Shown here: positions 1 to 10,171 of the stretch, piece by piece
Position numbering within the stretch: the stretch's first letter is position 1
How the letters are laid out: each line of letters opens with the position of its first letter
IMG/VR virus record: IMGVR_UViG_3300027601_000004
DNA: 64,000 nucleotides
Direction: 5' to 3' (one strand)
Origin: a virus
Lineage: Duplodnaviria > Heunggongvirae > Uroviricota > Caudoviricetes
Translations under genes and position numbers: made by a program
Notes under the pieces: generated by a model
What the model saw: the letters and a program-made list of their open reading frames with translations, nothing else
Told to the model about the DNA's origin: nothing
Database searches by the model: none

Positions 1-291
1 CATTATGATATTAAAGTTACAGATACTTTAATAGAATCATACCTCGAACTGGCTTCCTCAAAAATGTTTACAGTAGATATTGTTGTTCAAGAAATTAGAA
101 AACTCAATAAATTAGATTCTATTATTGAAAATAAAATTCATTATGAATTGCAAGATGGTAGCATCGTTGCTATTGATGAACAAACTCAAGAACAACTAAA
201 TAATTTATTGGCAAACCATAAAGATGTTGTTGAGTATATGCGTGAAAGCAAAGACAACTTCTTTAACGTAGTTAATAAGATTAAGGAATAA
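1..291 (+). CDS. 5'-truncated ORF running in from upstream of the window; hypothetical. The in-window Met at 64 would give a 75-aa protein. Sits where T4 has prohead-core genes between portal and protease.
   Basis: Frame 1 is open from nt 1 to the stop at 291 and is in the same frame as ORF 64..291. It lies just upstream of the gp21 homolog. Confidence 0.3.
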   Translation, partial: HYDIKVTDTLIESYLELASSKMFTVDIVVQEIRKLNKLDSIIENKIHYELQDGSIVAIDEQTQEQLNNLLANHKDVVEYMRESKDNFFNVVNKIKE

Positions 292-294
292 GAA

Positions 295-723
295 ATGGCA
301 ATGACGCTAACAACTGTCAAAAATACAAATCAGGAGACTGTAATTCACTTTGCGTCTTCTGCTGCAGAGACTGGCACTATCACTCTATCTAACTTAACTG
401 CTCCTGCTCAAGCAAGAAATGCTGATGCACCAAAAGTTGATATCGTTAAATTTATCTGCACTGGTGAGTTGGGTTCTAAAATTATTATTTCTAGAAATGC
501 CAAAATGGTAATTGCAACATCACCAGAGAACGATCTTAATGTAGAGTTTAATTCATTAGGTATTCCAGTTAATAATGATGATACATCTGATATTTCTATT
601 ATTAATAGCGTAGCAAAAGATGTAACTGGTTGGATCGTGCTTCGTAAAGTTGCTGGTTGGTCTACTGAAGTTGAAACTGCAACATTCGGTTCTTACGATA
701 ACCCAACAGTAGTAGGAAGCTAA
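295..723 (+). CDS. Hypothetical 142-aa protein; possible prohead core protein (T4 gp68-like) on position and size only.
   Basis: ORF directly upstream of the prohead protease; AAGAA RBS-like motif precedes the ATG. Confidence 0.3.
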   Translation: MAMTLTTVKNTNQETVIHFASSAAETGTITLSNLTAPAQARNADAPKVDIVKFICTGELGSKIIISRNAKMVIATSPENDLNVEFNSLGIPVNNDDTSDISIINSVAKDVTGWIVLRKVAGWSTEVETATFGSYDNPTVVGS

Positions 724-724
724 A

Positions 725-1378
725 ATGAAACTTATTAGAGAAGTTACAGAATCCGTTAATGTCATTACTGAGAGCAAACTCGGTAAAGGTAAACAATATT
801 ATATTGAAGGTGTTTTCCTTCAATCAGATTTAACAAACCGTAATAATCGCACTTATCCAGAACAGATTATGGATAAAGAAGTTGCTCGTTATATGGAGCA
901 ATGCGTTAAACAAAATCGTGCATATGGCGAACTAGGTCATCCAGATTCACCATCTATTAATTTAGATCGTGTATCACATTTAATTGTTGACTTACGCAAA
1001 GAAGGTACGAACTATATCGGTAAAGCAAAGATTTTAGAAACTCCAATGGGTCAAATCGCCAGAGGTCTTTTAGATGGTGGTGCAAACTTAGGAGTATCTT
1101 CAAGAGCACTTGGTTCTCTACAAATGAACAAAGAGGGTGTTCAAGTGGTTCAGGATGACTTTATGCTGTCTACTGCAGCAGACATCGTTGCTGACCCATC
1201 CGCTCCAGATGCTTTCGTCCGTGGTATTATGGAAAGCAGAGAGTGGGTATTCGTTGATGGAAAGTTTGTGGAAAAGCAGATTGATGAAGTTAAATCTTTT
1301 ATTAGAAAAACTTCGTCCCGTAATCTAGAGGAAGCCAAGCTACGTGCTTTCCAAGATTTTCTGACTAAAATCAGATAA
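725..1378 (+). CDS. 21: Prohead core protease (T4 gp21 family).
   Basis: YIEGVFLQSDLTNRNNRTYP, GELGHP, GVSSRALGSL and DPSAPDAFV match T4 gp21 blocks; position is upstream of scaffold and MCP. Confidence 0.93.
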   Translation: MKLIREVTESVNVITESKLGKGKQYYIEGVFLQSDLTNRNNRTYPEQIMDKEVARYMEQCVKQNRAYGELGHPDSPSINLDRVSHLIVDLRKEGTNYIGKAKILETPMGQIARGLLDGGANLGVSSRALGSLQMNKEGVQVVQDDFMLSTAADIVADPSAPDAFVRGIMESREWVFVDGKFVEKQIDEVKSFIRKTSSRNLEEAKLRAFQDFLTKIR

Positions 1379-1420
1379 ATAATAAATAATTACATAGAAC
1401 TATCCAGTTAGGAGAAAACG

Positions 1421-2413
1421 ATGTCAATCGAACAAAAAATCGCTGAAATTCTTGCTGAGTCAAAAGCTGCTGCTCTCGAGCAACAAGTTGCTGACAATCA
1501 AGAAACTGTAGTAGAAGAGGAAGTTGAAGCTGTTGCTGAAGAAGCAGTTAAGCCAACTACTCCTCCTGCCAATCCAGACAACGCTAGAAATAACGTTGAT
1601 AAAGAGAAAGCAGCTGAGGGTGGTACTTCAAAGACAAAGAACAAAGTAAACCAAGATGAAGAAGCAGCTGAAGCCAGCCATCTTCCAATCAAAGGTGTAA
1701 AAGAAGATATTGATGCACTTATGAATGGTGAAGAACTCTCTGAAGAGTTCCGTACTAAAGCTACTACCATTTATGAAGCAGCAGTTACTACTCGTGTAAA
1801 AGCAGAAGTAGCTCGCATCGAAGAAGAATACGCTACTAAACTCGAAGAAGAAGTAGCAGAAATTGCAGAGGGTCTTGTTGAAAAGGTTGATGGATATCTC
1901 GACTACGTTGTCGAGCAGTGGATTGCACAGAATGAAATAGCCCTTGAGCATGGTATGAAGTCCGAAATCCTTGAAGGATTTGTTGCTGGACTAAAAGGTC
2001 TTTTCGAAGAACACTATATCGATATTCCAGAAGAGAAGTTCGATGTATTAGGTTCAATGGAAAGTAAAGTTGAAGAACTCGAAGCAAAACTAAACGAGCA
2101 AGTTGCGACTAACGTTGAATTGAATAAAACAATCGGCGAACTAAAGCGTAATGAAATCGTTGAAACTGCATGCGAAGGTTTAACTGATACTGAAGTAGAA
2201 AAACTAAAAGGTTTAGCAGAAGAACTTTCTTATGAAGATTCTGACACTTTTAAAACAAAAGTACAGACTATTCGTGAGAATTATTTCACTACCAAGCAAC
2301 AAGCGGAAGTAACATCCGTGGTAACTGATGAGCCAGTGGAAACTTTGACTGAGGAAAAGAAAATTGATCCTACAATGGCAAAGTATCTATCCGCACTCAA
2401 CTATCGCAAGTAA
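1421..2413 (+). CDS. 22: Prohead scaffolding protein (T4 gp22-like).
   Basis: Highly acidic, Glu-rich, coiled-coil protein lying between the protease and the major capsid gene. Confidence 0.8.
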   Translation: MSIEQKIAEILAESKAAALEQQVADNQETVVEEEVEAVAEEAVKPTTPPANPDNARNNVDKEKAAEGGTSKTKNKVNQDEEAAEASHLPIKGVKEDIDALMNGEELSEEFRTKATTIYEAAVTTRVKAEVARIEEEYATKLEEEVAEIAEGLVEKVDGYLDYVVEQWIAQNEIALEHGMKSEILEGFVAGLKGLFEEHYIDIPEEKFDVLGSMESKVEELEAKLNEQVATNVELNKTIGELKRNEIVETACEGLTDTEVEKLKGLAEELSYEDSDTFKTKVQTIRENYFTTKQQAEVTSVVTDEPVETLTEEKKIDPTMAKYLSALNYRK

Positions 2414-2436
2414 TCATTTCAAAAAAGGAAAATAAA

Positions 2437-3708
2437 ATGAATCGTCAAGATTTACTAAAAAAATGGGCACCGATTCTAGAATCTGAATCTGCTCCAAAAA
2501 TCGCTGACAACTATCGTAAAGAAGTTACAGCAGTTCTATTAGAGAACCAAGAGCGTGAGATGGCTAAGCAATCTGAAGCTCTTTTCGAAGCAGTTCCAGC
2601 TAACGCTGGTGGTACTGGTGTTGCTCTAGGTGGCGCAGGTACTAACGCTAACATGGCAGGCTACGATCCAGTATTGATCGCTTTAGTTCGTCGTGCAGCT
2701 CCACAATTAATCGCTTATGACATCGCTGGCGTTCAGCCAATGACTCAGCCAACTGGTTTGATCTTCGCAATGAAGAGCAAGTATACTAGCCAAGCTGGCG
2801 CAGAAGCATTGTTCAACGAAGCCGATACTGACTTCTCTGGTACAGGTACTCACGCTGGTTCTAACCCAGTTGATGGTACTTACACTACTGGTACTGGTAT
2901 CACTACTGCTAACGCAGAAGATCTAGGTGGCGCAACTGCTTTCAATCAAATGGCTTTCTCAATCGAGAAGACAACTGTAACTGCACAAACTCGTGCTTTG
3001 AAAGCAGAATACACTGTTGAACTTGCACAAGACTTGAAAGCAGTTCATGGTCTTGATGCTGAAGGCGAATTGAGCAACATTCTTTCTTCAGAAATCCAAG
3101 CTGAAATTAACCGTGAAGTTGTACGTACTGTATACGCTGCTGCTAAAGTTGGCGCAGAAGTAAACACTGCAACTGCTGGTACTTTCGACATGGACGTTGA
3201 CTCAAATGGTCGTTGGTCTGTTGAGAAATTCAAAGGTTTGATGTTCCAAATCGAACGTGAAGCCAATGCGATTGCTCAGACTACTCGTCGTGGTCGTGGT
3301 AACTTCATCATCTGCTCAAGCGATGTTGCATCAGCACTAGCAATGGCAGGTGTTCTAGACTATACTCCAGCACTTGCTGGCAACAATGGTCTGAACGTTG
3401 ATGAGTCATCTACTACTTTCGCAGGTGTTCTAAACGGTAAGTACAAAGTGTATGTTGACCCATATTCTGCTAACCAATCAGCAAGCCAGTTCTTCGTTGT
3501 TGGTTACAAGGGTTCTTCAGCATTTGATGCTGGTCTATTCTACTGCCCATACGTTCCATTACAAATGGTTCGTGCAGTTGACCCATCAACTTTCCAACCT
3601 AAGATTGGTTTCAAGACTCGTTACGGTATGGTTGCAAACCCATTCACTAGCTTGTCTTCTGGCACTAACATCTACTACCGTAAGGTAAAAGTAACTAACT
3701 TGATGTAA
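2437..3708 (+). CDS. 23: Major capsid protein (T4 gp23 family).
   Basis: DPVLIALVRRAAPQLIAYDIAGVQPM, ELAQDLKAVHGLDAEGELS, GNFIICSSDVASALA and FQPKIGFKTRYGMVANPF are close matches to T4 gp23. Confidence 0.97.
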   Translation: MNRQDLLKKWAPILESESAPKIADNYRKEVTAVLLENQEREMAKQSEALFEAVPANAGGTGVALGGAGTNANMAGYDPVLIALVRRAAPQLIAYDIAGVQPMTQPTGLIFAMKSKYTSQAGAEALFNEADTDFSGTGTHAGSNPVDGTYTTGTGITTANAEDLGGATAFNQMAFSIEKTTVTAQTRALKAEYTVELAQDLKAVHGLDAEGELSNILSSEIQAEINREVVRTVYAAAKVGAEVNTATAGTFDMDVDSNGRWSVEKFKGLMFQIEREANAIAQTTRRGRGNFIICSSDVASALAMAGVLDYTPALAGNNGLNVDESSTTFAGVLNGKYKVYVDPYSANQSASQFFVVGYKGSSAFDAGLFYCPYVPLQMVRAVDPSTFQPKIGFKTRYGMVANPFTSLSSGTNIYYRKVKVTNLM

Positions 3709-3750
3709 TCAAGTTTTTGACGAAACCTACAGTAAGATAGGTATTTAAAA

Positions 3751-3775
3751 GGGGAGCTTCGGCTCCCCTTTTTTT
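3751..3775 (+). terminator. Rho-independent terminator after the MCP gene.
   Basis: GGGGAGC-TTCG-GCTCCCC hairpin followed by a 7-T run. Confidence 0.85.
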
Positions 3776-3777
3776 AT

Positions 3778-3785
3778 TATAAATA
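3778..3785 (+). promoter_or_regulatory. T4-type late promoter box TATAAATA.
   Basis: Exact TATAAATA 27 nt upstream of the ATG at 3813; a gp55 late sigma homolog is encoded in the window. Confidence 0.6.
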
Positions 3786-3812
3786 TTAACATGAATACAC
3801 TTAAGAGTAACC

Positions 3813-4349
3813 ATGAACAATAATACTATTTCTTGTCCTATCCCAGAAAACATTTCTCCATTATCACCTAATGGGTTTATGTTCTCTGTTCAAAAATTAC
3901 CACAGATTAATTTCTTCTGTCAACAAGTGAACCTACCAGGAATAACATTAGGTGCTCCAGAGTTTGGTAACCCATTTAACGTTGCTCCAATTCCAGGCGA
4001 CACACTAACGTATGATACATTAGATGTGCAGTTTTTAGTTGATGAAAGTATGGAAAATTATAGAGCCATCTATAATTGGGTTGTTGCGTTAGGATTCCCA
4101 GAGACATATGAACAATATTTAAACTTTGTGAGTACGAATGAATTAAATCAAACATCTGAACTTGCAAAAAATTATTCTGATGCTTCTCTTGTAATATTGG
4201 GATCTAACAATAAACCAGTGCAAACTATTCAATTTCACGATGCGTTTCCTGTTAGTATTTCTTCTCTCACTTTCCAATCAACGAATCAAGATGTGCAATA
4301 CTTAGTAGGTAGTGCAACATTCCGCTACGGATACTACAAGTTTACTTGA
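3813..4349 (+). CDS. Tail-tube-fold protein (T4 gp3/gp19/gp54 family); probably the gp3-like tail completion / tube terminator.
   Basis: FMFSVQKLPQINFFCQQVNLPGITLG resembles the gp19-family N-terminal block. 178 aa is close to T4 gp3 size, and gp23-gp3-uvsY is the order seen in marine T4-likes. A late promoter lies upstream. Confidence 0.5.
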   Translation: MNNNTISCPIPENISPLSPNGFMFSVQKLPQINFFCQQVNLPGITLGAPEFGNPFNVAPIPGDTLTYDTLDVQFLVDESMENYRAIYNWVVALGFPETYEQYLNFVSTNELNQTSELAKNYSDASLVILGSNNKPVQTIQFHDAFPVSISSLTFQSTNQDVQYLVGSATFRYGYYKFT

Positions 4350-4399
4350 CAAAAATTGCCAATTATAGTATAATTAAATTATGACTAATTGAGGATATT

Positions 4400-4837
4400 A
4401 TGACTTTAGATGAATTACAAACTATGTGGGAAAATGATTGCCAGATTGATGATAACTTTCTTGGTGAAAATTCCACTGCCACACCAAAGTTACATGCTAA
4501 GTATGTAAAACTTCTGGTAAACACAAAACTCAAGCATACCAAAATCCAAGCAGATTACGCATTGTTACGTAAGAATAAGTTTCGCCATTATCGTGGCGAA
4601 CTATCACGTGATGAATTGTCTAATCTTGGTTGGGATCAATGGCAAGGTGTTAAGCCACTTAAAAATGAAATGGATGAATTCCTGCAAGGTGATAGCGAGT
4701 TAGTCACTTTAAAAATTAAAATAGATTATCTTGAAACAATGATTTATTTTTTGGAATCAGTTCTCGGACAAATTAAAGCACGTGACTGGCAGATTAAAAC
4801 TGCAGTTGAATGGAAGAAGTTTCTAGCAGGATTTTAA
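4400..4837 (+). CDS. uvsY: UvsY recombination mediator.
   Basis: MTLDELQTMWENDCQIDD...PKLHAKYVKLL matches the T4 UvsY N-terminal pattern (L.DLQ..W..D..ID...LH.KY); size and position fit. Confidence 0.75.
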   Translation: MTLDELQTMWENDCQIDDNFLGENSTATPKLHAKYVKLLVNTKLKHTKIQADYALLRKNKFRHYRGELSRDELSNLGWDQWQGVKPLKNEMDEFLQGDSELVTLKIKIDYLETMIYFLESVLGQIKARDWQIKTAVEWKKFLAGF

Positions 4838-6318
4838 TGATAACAATAGAGAAATTAGATGAAGTCTACATGCGTGTGTTCGGTGATCCAAGTATCGAAC
4901 AAGAACTATGTGACTTCTTTACTTACGAATATCCAGGTGCCAGATTCACTCCGCAGTATCGAGCAAGACTCTGGGATGGTAAAGTACGTCTATATGACCA
5001 AGTAAGAAAAACTCTTTATATTGGTTTGTTGGGTTATGTTGAACAGTTTTGCGAACGAAACAACTATCAGTTAACATTCAAATCAGAAATTACTACCAGT
5101 AATGGTATAACTGCTGAACAAATTTATCATTACGCTAAATCGTTGACTCCATATGGAAGAGGTAAACCTATTGAGATTCGTGATTATCAAGTAGAAGCAG
5201 TAAAGACTGCACTTGATAGAGAACGAACACTTCTACTATCTCCAACTGCATCTGGTAAATCATTCATCATTTATACAGCGATGCGTTGGCATGTTGAACG
5301 CAATCGTAAATGTATTATTATCGTACCAACAACTTCTCTCGTTGAACAGTTATATGCTGACTTCGAAGATTATTCAACAGCCAATGAATGGAAAGTTTCT
5401 GCTCACTGCCAAAAACTTTATTCTGGGTTCTCAAAAGATTTTACCAAAGATGTTTTGATTACAACTTGGCAATCTGTATATCTACAACCTAAAGCGTGGT
5501 TCCGTCAATTTAATGTAATCTTTGGCGATGAAGCCCATCAGTTTAAAGCCAAGTCCTTAACAACAGTTATGGAAAAGATGGATGAAATTCGTTATCGCAT
5601 TGGAACTACAGGAACTCTTGATAACAAGAAAGTTCATCGTTTAGTTCTTGAAGGTATGTTCGGTCCAGTTCACCGAGTTACTACAACCAAAGCACTGATG
5701 GAATCTGAGAGACTTGCTCAACTAAATATTACTTGTCTGGTTCTGAAATATAATGAAGAAATACGTAAGGCAAGAAAAAATAATACTTACCAAGAAGAGA
5801 TGGATTGGCTAGTCGCCAATGAACAGCGTAATAAGTTTATACGCAATTTGGCAGTAAAATCTCGTGGTAACACTTTAGTTCTTTTCCAATACGTAGAAAA
5901 GCATGGACAAGTTCTTTTTGATATGATTAAACAAAAAGTTCATACAGAAAGAAAAGTATTTTTTGTTCATGGTGGAGTTGATACTACAGACAGAGAATCT
6001 ATTCGTCATATAACAGAGGGTGAAGATGATGCTATTATTATTGCATCGTTTGGAACTTTCTCAACTGGTATTAATATTCCATCAATTGAAAATATTATTT
6101 TTGCATCACCATCAAAATCTAAAATTAGAAACCTACAAAGTATTGGTCGTGGGTTGAGATTGAAAGATGGTAAGGATACTTGCAATCTTTATGACTTAGC
6201 TGATGACTTGCATTGGAAGTCTTGGAAAAATCATACATTGAACCATGCTGCAGAAAGATATAAAACTTATGCAGAAGAACAGTTTGATGTTAAACTTGTA
6301 GAGGTAAATCTATGCTAA
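4837..6318 (+). CDS. uvsW: UvsW-like SF2 DNA helicase.
   Basis: Walker A PTASGKS, DEAH box and helicase C-terminal motifs; TAATG overlap with the uvsY stop. An alternative ATG exists at 4810. Confidence 0.85.
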   Translation: MITIEKLDEVYMRVFGDPSIEQELCDFFTYEYPGARFTPQYRARLWDGKVRLYDQVRKTLYIGLLGYVEQFCERNNYQLTFKSEITTSNGITAEQIYHYAKSLTPYGRGKPIEIRDYQVEAVKTALDRERTLLLSPTASGKSFIIYTAMRWHVERNRKCIIIVPTTSLVEQLYADFEDYSTANEWKVSAHCQKLYSGFSKDFTKDVLITTWQSVYLQPKAWFRQFNVIFGDEAHQFKAKSLTTVMEKMDEIRYRIGTTGTLDNKKVHRLVLEGMFGPVHRVTTTKALMESERLAQLNITCLVLKYNEEIRKARKNNTYQEEMDWLVANEQRNKFIRNLAVKSRGNTLVLFQYVEKHGQVLFDMIKQKVHTERKVFFVHGGVDTTDRESIRHITEGEDDAIIIASFGTFSTGINIPSIENIIFASPSKSKIRNLQSIGRGLRLKDGKDTCNLYDLADDLHWKSWKNHTLNHAAERYKTYAEEQFDVKLVEVNLC

Positions 6319-6785
6319 TGGGTAATGAGCATTTTATCATTATTAAACTTGTTTCTGGTGAACAAGTTATGGCTGTGCTCGAAAAAGAAACTGATGAGAA
6401 TATTCAAATCTCGACACCATTATTGCTACGTTTATTTCCATTACTAGGAGCAGAGCAAGGTTCTGAACACGTAACAGCAACACCATGGTGCAAGTTTGCA
6501 GACGATTCAAATTTAACTCTCAATAAAAGAAATATTCTTTTTGTCAAAAATCTTCACAGTATGTTAATTCCACATTATATAAGATTAGCATCTGAAGCAG
6601 AAGAGCACGTTCCAATCAAACAAAAGCAAGACGGAAGTGTAAGAAAACTGCATTGGGAAGACGAAGAAGTAGAGCAGCTTAGTAATGAAGAAATTCAGAA
6701 AAGAATCAAACTACTAGAAGCTATTGCTGAGAAGGAAGAGGAAGAAGCGAGAACCTTTATTGAAGGTAACGATACAATCCATTGA
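6312..6785 (+). CDS. Hypothetical protein with an acidic C-terminus (position of UvsW.1).
   Basis: ORF overlapping the uvsW stop; coding-like composition. Confidence 0.4.
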   Translation: MLMGNEHFIIIKLVSGEQVMAVLEKETDENIQISTPLLLRLFPLLGAEQGSEHVTATPWCKFADDSNLTLNKRNILFVKNLHSMLIPHYIRLASEAEEHVPIKQKQDGSVRKLHWEDEEVEQLSNEEIQKRIKLLEAIAEKEEEEARTFIEGNDTIH

Positions 6786-6878
6786 TCCTTTCTTTCAAAC
6801 CCCACACCGAAAGTTTACATGTTTTCAAAATAAATGTAAAATAATTTTTATATTGCAGAAATTGCAATGAAATAAAAC

Positions 6879-6907
6879 TTTACATTTATGACAAATTGTA
6901 GTATACT
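6879..6907 (+). promoter_or_regulatory. Early sigma70-type promoter (TTTACA-17-TATACT) upstream of gp55.
   Basis: Exact 17-nt spacer. AT-rich inverted repeats (ATTGCA..TGCAAT) lie immediately upstream. Confidence 0.6.
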
Positions 6908-6945
6908 TTATATTATTGAATGAAAATAACTGGAGATTTTGACTT

Positions 6946-7500
6946 GTGGCAAACTACATAAACAATGCTGACTTCTTAGCAGCAATCAAAGAATATAAGA
7001 AAAGTGTGAAGGAAGCTGAGGAGAAGGGTTTACCGAAACCGATTATCCCAAAATATCTTGGTGAGTGCATTCTTAAAATTGCAACGCATTTATCATATAA
7101 ACCAAACTTTATTAATTATACTTACAAAGATGATATGATTCTCGATGGTATTGAGAATTGTATCAATTACTTTGATAATTTTGATCCAGAGAAGTCGAGC
7201 AATCCGTTCGCATATTTCACACAAATTATTTACTTCGCTTTCCTACGTCGCATAGGGAAGGAGAAGAAACATTCGTATATCAAAAATAAATTGATTCAAG
7301 ATATGGCTTTTGATGCATTTGAATTACAAGAGCAAGATGAAGACGGACATTATCATAATGCATATCTTGATTTTATGCAAAGTAATAGCAACTTCGATGA
7401 TTCGTTTATAACAAAGAAAAAAGAAAAAAATAAAAAGAAGAAACAAACACTTGATGATTTTATAGGTGATAATGAAGATGACAGCGCACAGAAGTATTAG
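6946..7500 (+). CDS. 55: Late-transcription sigma factor gp55.
   Basis: NPFAYFTQIIYFAFLRRIGKEKK aligns with T4 gp55 [23 protein letters not shown]. GTG start with a GGAG RBS. Confidence 0.85.
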   Translation: MANYINNADFLAAIKEYKKSVKEAEEKGLPKPIIPKYLGECILKIATHLSYKPNFINYTYKDDMILDGIENCINYFDNFDPEKSSNPFAYFTQIIYFAFLRRIGKEKKHSYIKNKLIQDMAFDAFELQEQDEDGHYHNAYLDFMQSNSNFDDSFITKKKEKNKKKKQTLDDFIGDNEDDSAQKY

Positions 7501-8671
7501 AGATTTGATCCGTCAGTTGGGTGATGGTAACGTTGAGTTTAGACCAGCTCCAGCACTAGTCAGAAAAGGTCGTTCAAAAGTTAGAGCAAGAAAACGCAAA
7601 GATAGATTATTGCGTGGTCACATTTGGGATGCGACAGATAATCAATTTAATTTGAAAGAAATTATGAGTAATAGTGACAACAAAATTTTCTTAGGTGTTT
7701 CAGATGTTGAAGACCTAATCGTATCAGAAATTATGAAACGTCGCATCGAAGCTGGTGAGACGACTGTTCAAAGAGAGACTACTGTTCTATGTAATCGTGA
7801 ACGCTGGGCTAATTGGGCAGAAGAACATTATAGCGATATGCTTTATGTTCAAAGCAATTCTTCTTCTGGGTTTATTATCGCAGAAGAAACTGAAAACTTT
7901 ATCAAGTTTGATGTAAACTCCAACTCAACTACTGTTCGTGCATACGGTGACGCTGAATTCGCAGATTGTATCATTGCTGAGGTAGCAACAAATTTTGATG
8001 TTGTTACATCTTATGTTGAGTGGATCTATGGTAGTGATGGTAACTCAGTCAATGTACCTTTGAATCGTGATCGTCTTCCTGTTGAAGAAATGTATCCATT
8101 CCTTGGAGATGAAACTCTTGGTGACTACTATGATCGTTACATGGAATCTTCTGCGAACATCTTATTGTTGATTGGTCCCCCAGGAACTGGTAAGACTACA
8201 TTTATCCGTGGCTTATTGGCTTATCGTAACGCATCTGCAATCGTAACGTATGATGCAGGTATCCTCGAGAAAGATGGTTTCTTTGCTCGTTTTATTGAGG
8301 ATGATACTGAAGTGATGGTACTTGAAGATAGCGACGCATTCCTAAAGTCACGTAGTGATGGTAATACAATGATGCATCGTTTTCTTAACGTAGGTGATGG
8401 TCTCGTAACCACTAAAGGTAAGAAGATGATTTTCTCCACTAACCTACCAAGCATCCGTGATATCGACTCTGCATTGATTCGTCCAGGACGTTGCTTCGAT
8501 ATTCTTACATTCGATGAATTGAATGTTGAGCATGCTAACAAACTTGCCAAACGACTTGGAGTAAACCTTCCTGCACGTCCACGTGGTAAAGAAACTAATA
8601 AGTATTCTATCGCTGAAGTATTTAATGAACAACAACATAAAACACCTGAAAGAAAGGTAGGGTTTGTCTGA
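7466..8671 (+). CDS. AAA+ ATPase, function unknown.
   Basis: Walker A GPPGTGKTT, Walker B-like VMVLEDSDAF, sensor STN. The start is uncertain because the ORF overlaps the end of gp55. Confidence 0.5.
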   Translation: MIMKMTAHRSIRDLIRQLGDGNVEFRPAPALVRKGRSKVRARKRKDRLLRGHIWDATDNQFNLKEIMSNSDNKIFLGVSDVEDLIVSEIMKRRIEAGETTVQRETTVLCNRERWANWAEEHYSDMLYVQSNSSSGFIIAEETENFIKFDVNSNSTTVRAYGDAEFADCIIAEVATNFDVVTSYVEWIYGSDGNSVNVPLNRDRLPVEEMYPFLGDETLGDYYDRYMESSANILLLIGPPGTGKTTFIRGLLAYRNASAIVTYDAGILEKDGFFARFIEDDTEVMVLEDSDAFLKSRSDGNTMMHRFLNVGDGLVTTKGKKMIFSTNLPSIRDIDSALIRPGRCFDILTFDELNVEHANKLAKRLGVNLPARPRGKETNKYSIAEVFNEQQHKTPERKVGFV

Positions 8672-8807
8672 TGTATGAAGTCAAATTAACTTTAGATAGT
8701 GGTGAAGAAATTCAAAACACATTTGAAACATTTGAACAGATGCTTTCTTTTGTGGTTGAACATGAAAAATATATTGCTACTATGCAAATTAATGCGAATG
8801 GAGAAAA

Positions 8808-9863
8808 ATGCGAGTAGCAATTATTACTGACCAACACTTTGGTGCTCGTAATGACAGTATTGCTTTCCTAGACTTCTTTCAAAAATTCTATGACAATACT
8901 TTCTTTCCTACTATTGATTCATCTGGTATTGACACTGTTCTTATTCTTGGTGATACATTTGATAGACGCAAATATGTAAACTTCTATGCTCTACAAAGAG
9001 CAAAGGAAATGTTCTTTGATAAATTACAAGAACGTGGTATAAGAGTTTATATGTTAGCAGGTAATCACGACACATACTATAAAAATACCAATGAAGTCAA
9101 TTCACCAGATTTACTTTTGCGTGAATACTCCAACATCGAAGTTATTGATGATCCGCAAACAATCTTTGTTGGTGGTATCCCGATATGTATGATGCCATGG
9201 ATTTGTCCAGATAACTATCAAGAGTCACTCGATCAATTAAAGCAAACGCAAGCAGACCTCTGTATGGGGCATTTTGAAATTGCTGGCTTTGCTATGTATA
9301 AAGGTATGCAATCTCATGAAGGATTGGAAGCAAGTTTGTTTGATAAGTTTGACCTCGTGTTTAGTGGGCATTATCATCACCGCAGTGGCAATGGTCACAT
9401 TCATTACCTCGGTAATCCCTATGAACTTACTTGGCAAGATTATAATGATCCAAGAGGGTTCCATTTGTTCTGCCTTGATAATCGAGAACTCGAGTTTATC
9501 CCAAATCCTTATACAATGTTCACCAGAGTTGAGTATTCCGACAAAGGATCCGACCCCATCGACCTCGACTCTCTCGATCTAGCCGATAAGTTTGTTAAGT
9601 TAGTTGTTGTAAATAAAACTGACTTTTATAAATTTGACAAATTTATTCAAAAGCTGTATAATAAAGGATGTCATGAAATTAAAATTATTGAGGACATGTC
9701 TGAGTTTGAAGACGGAGAGGTTGGTGAAGATATCAATCTTGAAGATACGCTAAGTGTTTTATCTAATTATATTGACAGCGTTGAAACTGACGTTGATAAA
9801 GAGCATGTTAAAACATTTATGAAAACATTATATACGGAAGCCATTAACGTAGAGGTGGTCTAA
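8808..9863 (+). CDS. 47: Recombination endonuclease subunit gp47 (Mre11/SbcD-like).
   Basis: ILGDTFDRRKYVNF...AKEMFFDKL matches the T4 gp47 N-terminus; GNHD and GHYHH phosphoesterase motifs are present. Confidence 0.95.
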   Translation: MRVAIITDQHFGARNDSIAFLDFFQKFYDNTFFPTIDSSGIDTVLILGDTFDRRKYVNFYALQRAKEMFFDKLQERGIRVYMLAGNHDTYYKNTNEVNSPDLLLREYSNIEVIDDPQTIFVGGIPICMMPWICPDNYQESLDQLKQTQADLCMGHFEIAGFAMYKGMQSHEGLEASLFDKFDLVFSGHYHHRSGNGHIHYLGNPYELTWQDYNDPRGFHLFCLDNRELEFIPNPYTMFTRVEYSDKGSDPIDLDSLDLADKFVKLVVVNKTDFYKFDKFIQKLYNKGCHEIKIIEDMSEFEDGEVGEDINLEDTLSVLSNYIDSVETDVDKEHVKTFMKTLYTEAINVEVV

Positions 9864-10171
9864 TGCAACAACTTGAGATCCAGTATTTCTTTCCATTAAC
9901 AGAACAGATTCCACTTGATTTAGATTTTACACCATGTGTTGAATATGCTGCTAGCAAAAATGTTGGATCCGTTATTTCTGGTTCTGGATTATGTTTGTCT
10001 ATTGGTAATGGTGGTACTGTAGGTTGGACCACTATCTCAAATAATCTTGGCTCGCCATCTTTTACTATTAATGTAGATGCTATGCCAATTACTGTTATTT
10101 CTAAAAAGAAACCCAACTTCATAATGAGATTCATTTATAAGTCTATGGGTATGAAATGGAAGAGTGAATGA
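9863..10171 (+). CDS. Hypothetical protein between gp47 and gp46.
   Basis: ORF with ATGA overlaps at both ends. Confidence 0.35.
   Translation: MQQLEIQYFFPLTEQIPLDLDFTPCVEYAASKNVGSVISGSGLCLSIGNGGTVGWTTISNNLGSPSFTINVDAMPITVISKKKPNFIMRFIYKSMGMKWKSE

Noticed and set aside
6820-6945. MotA-box-like TGCTTTA sequences at 14448 and 39230 as evidence for T4-type middle promoters
   Set aside because: The same sites already form complete -35/-10 sigma70 promoters (TTTACA/TTTACT at -35), and no MotA/AsiA homologs were seen in the window. The resemblance is most economically explained by overlap with the GTTTAC early -35 consensus.
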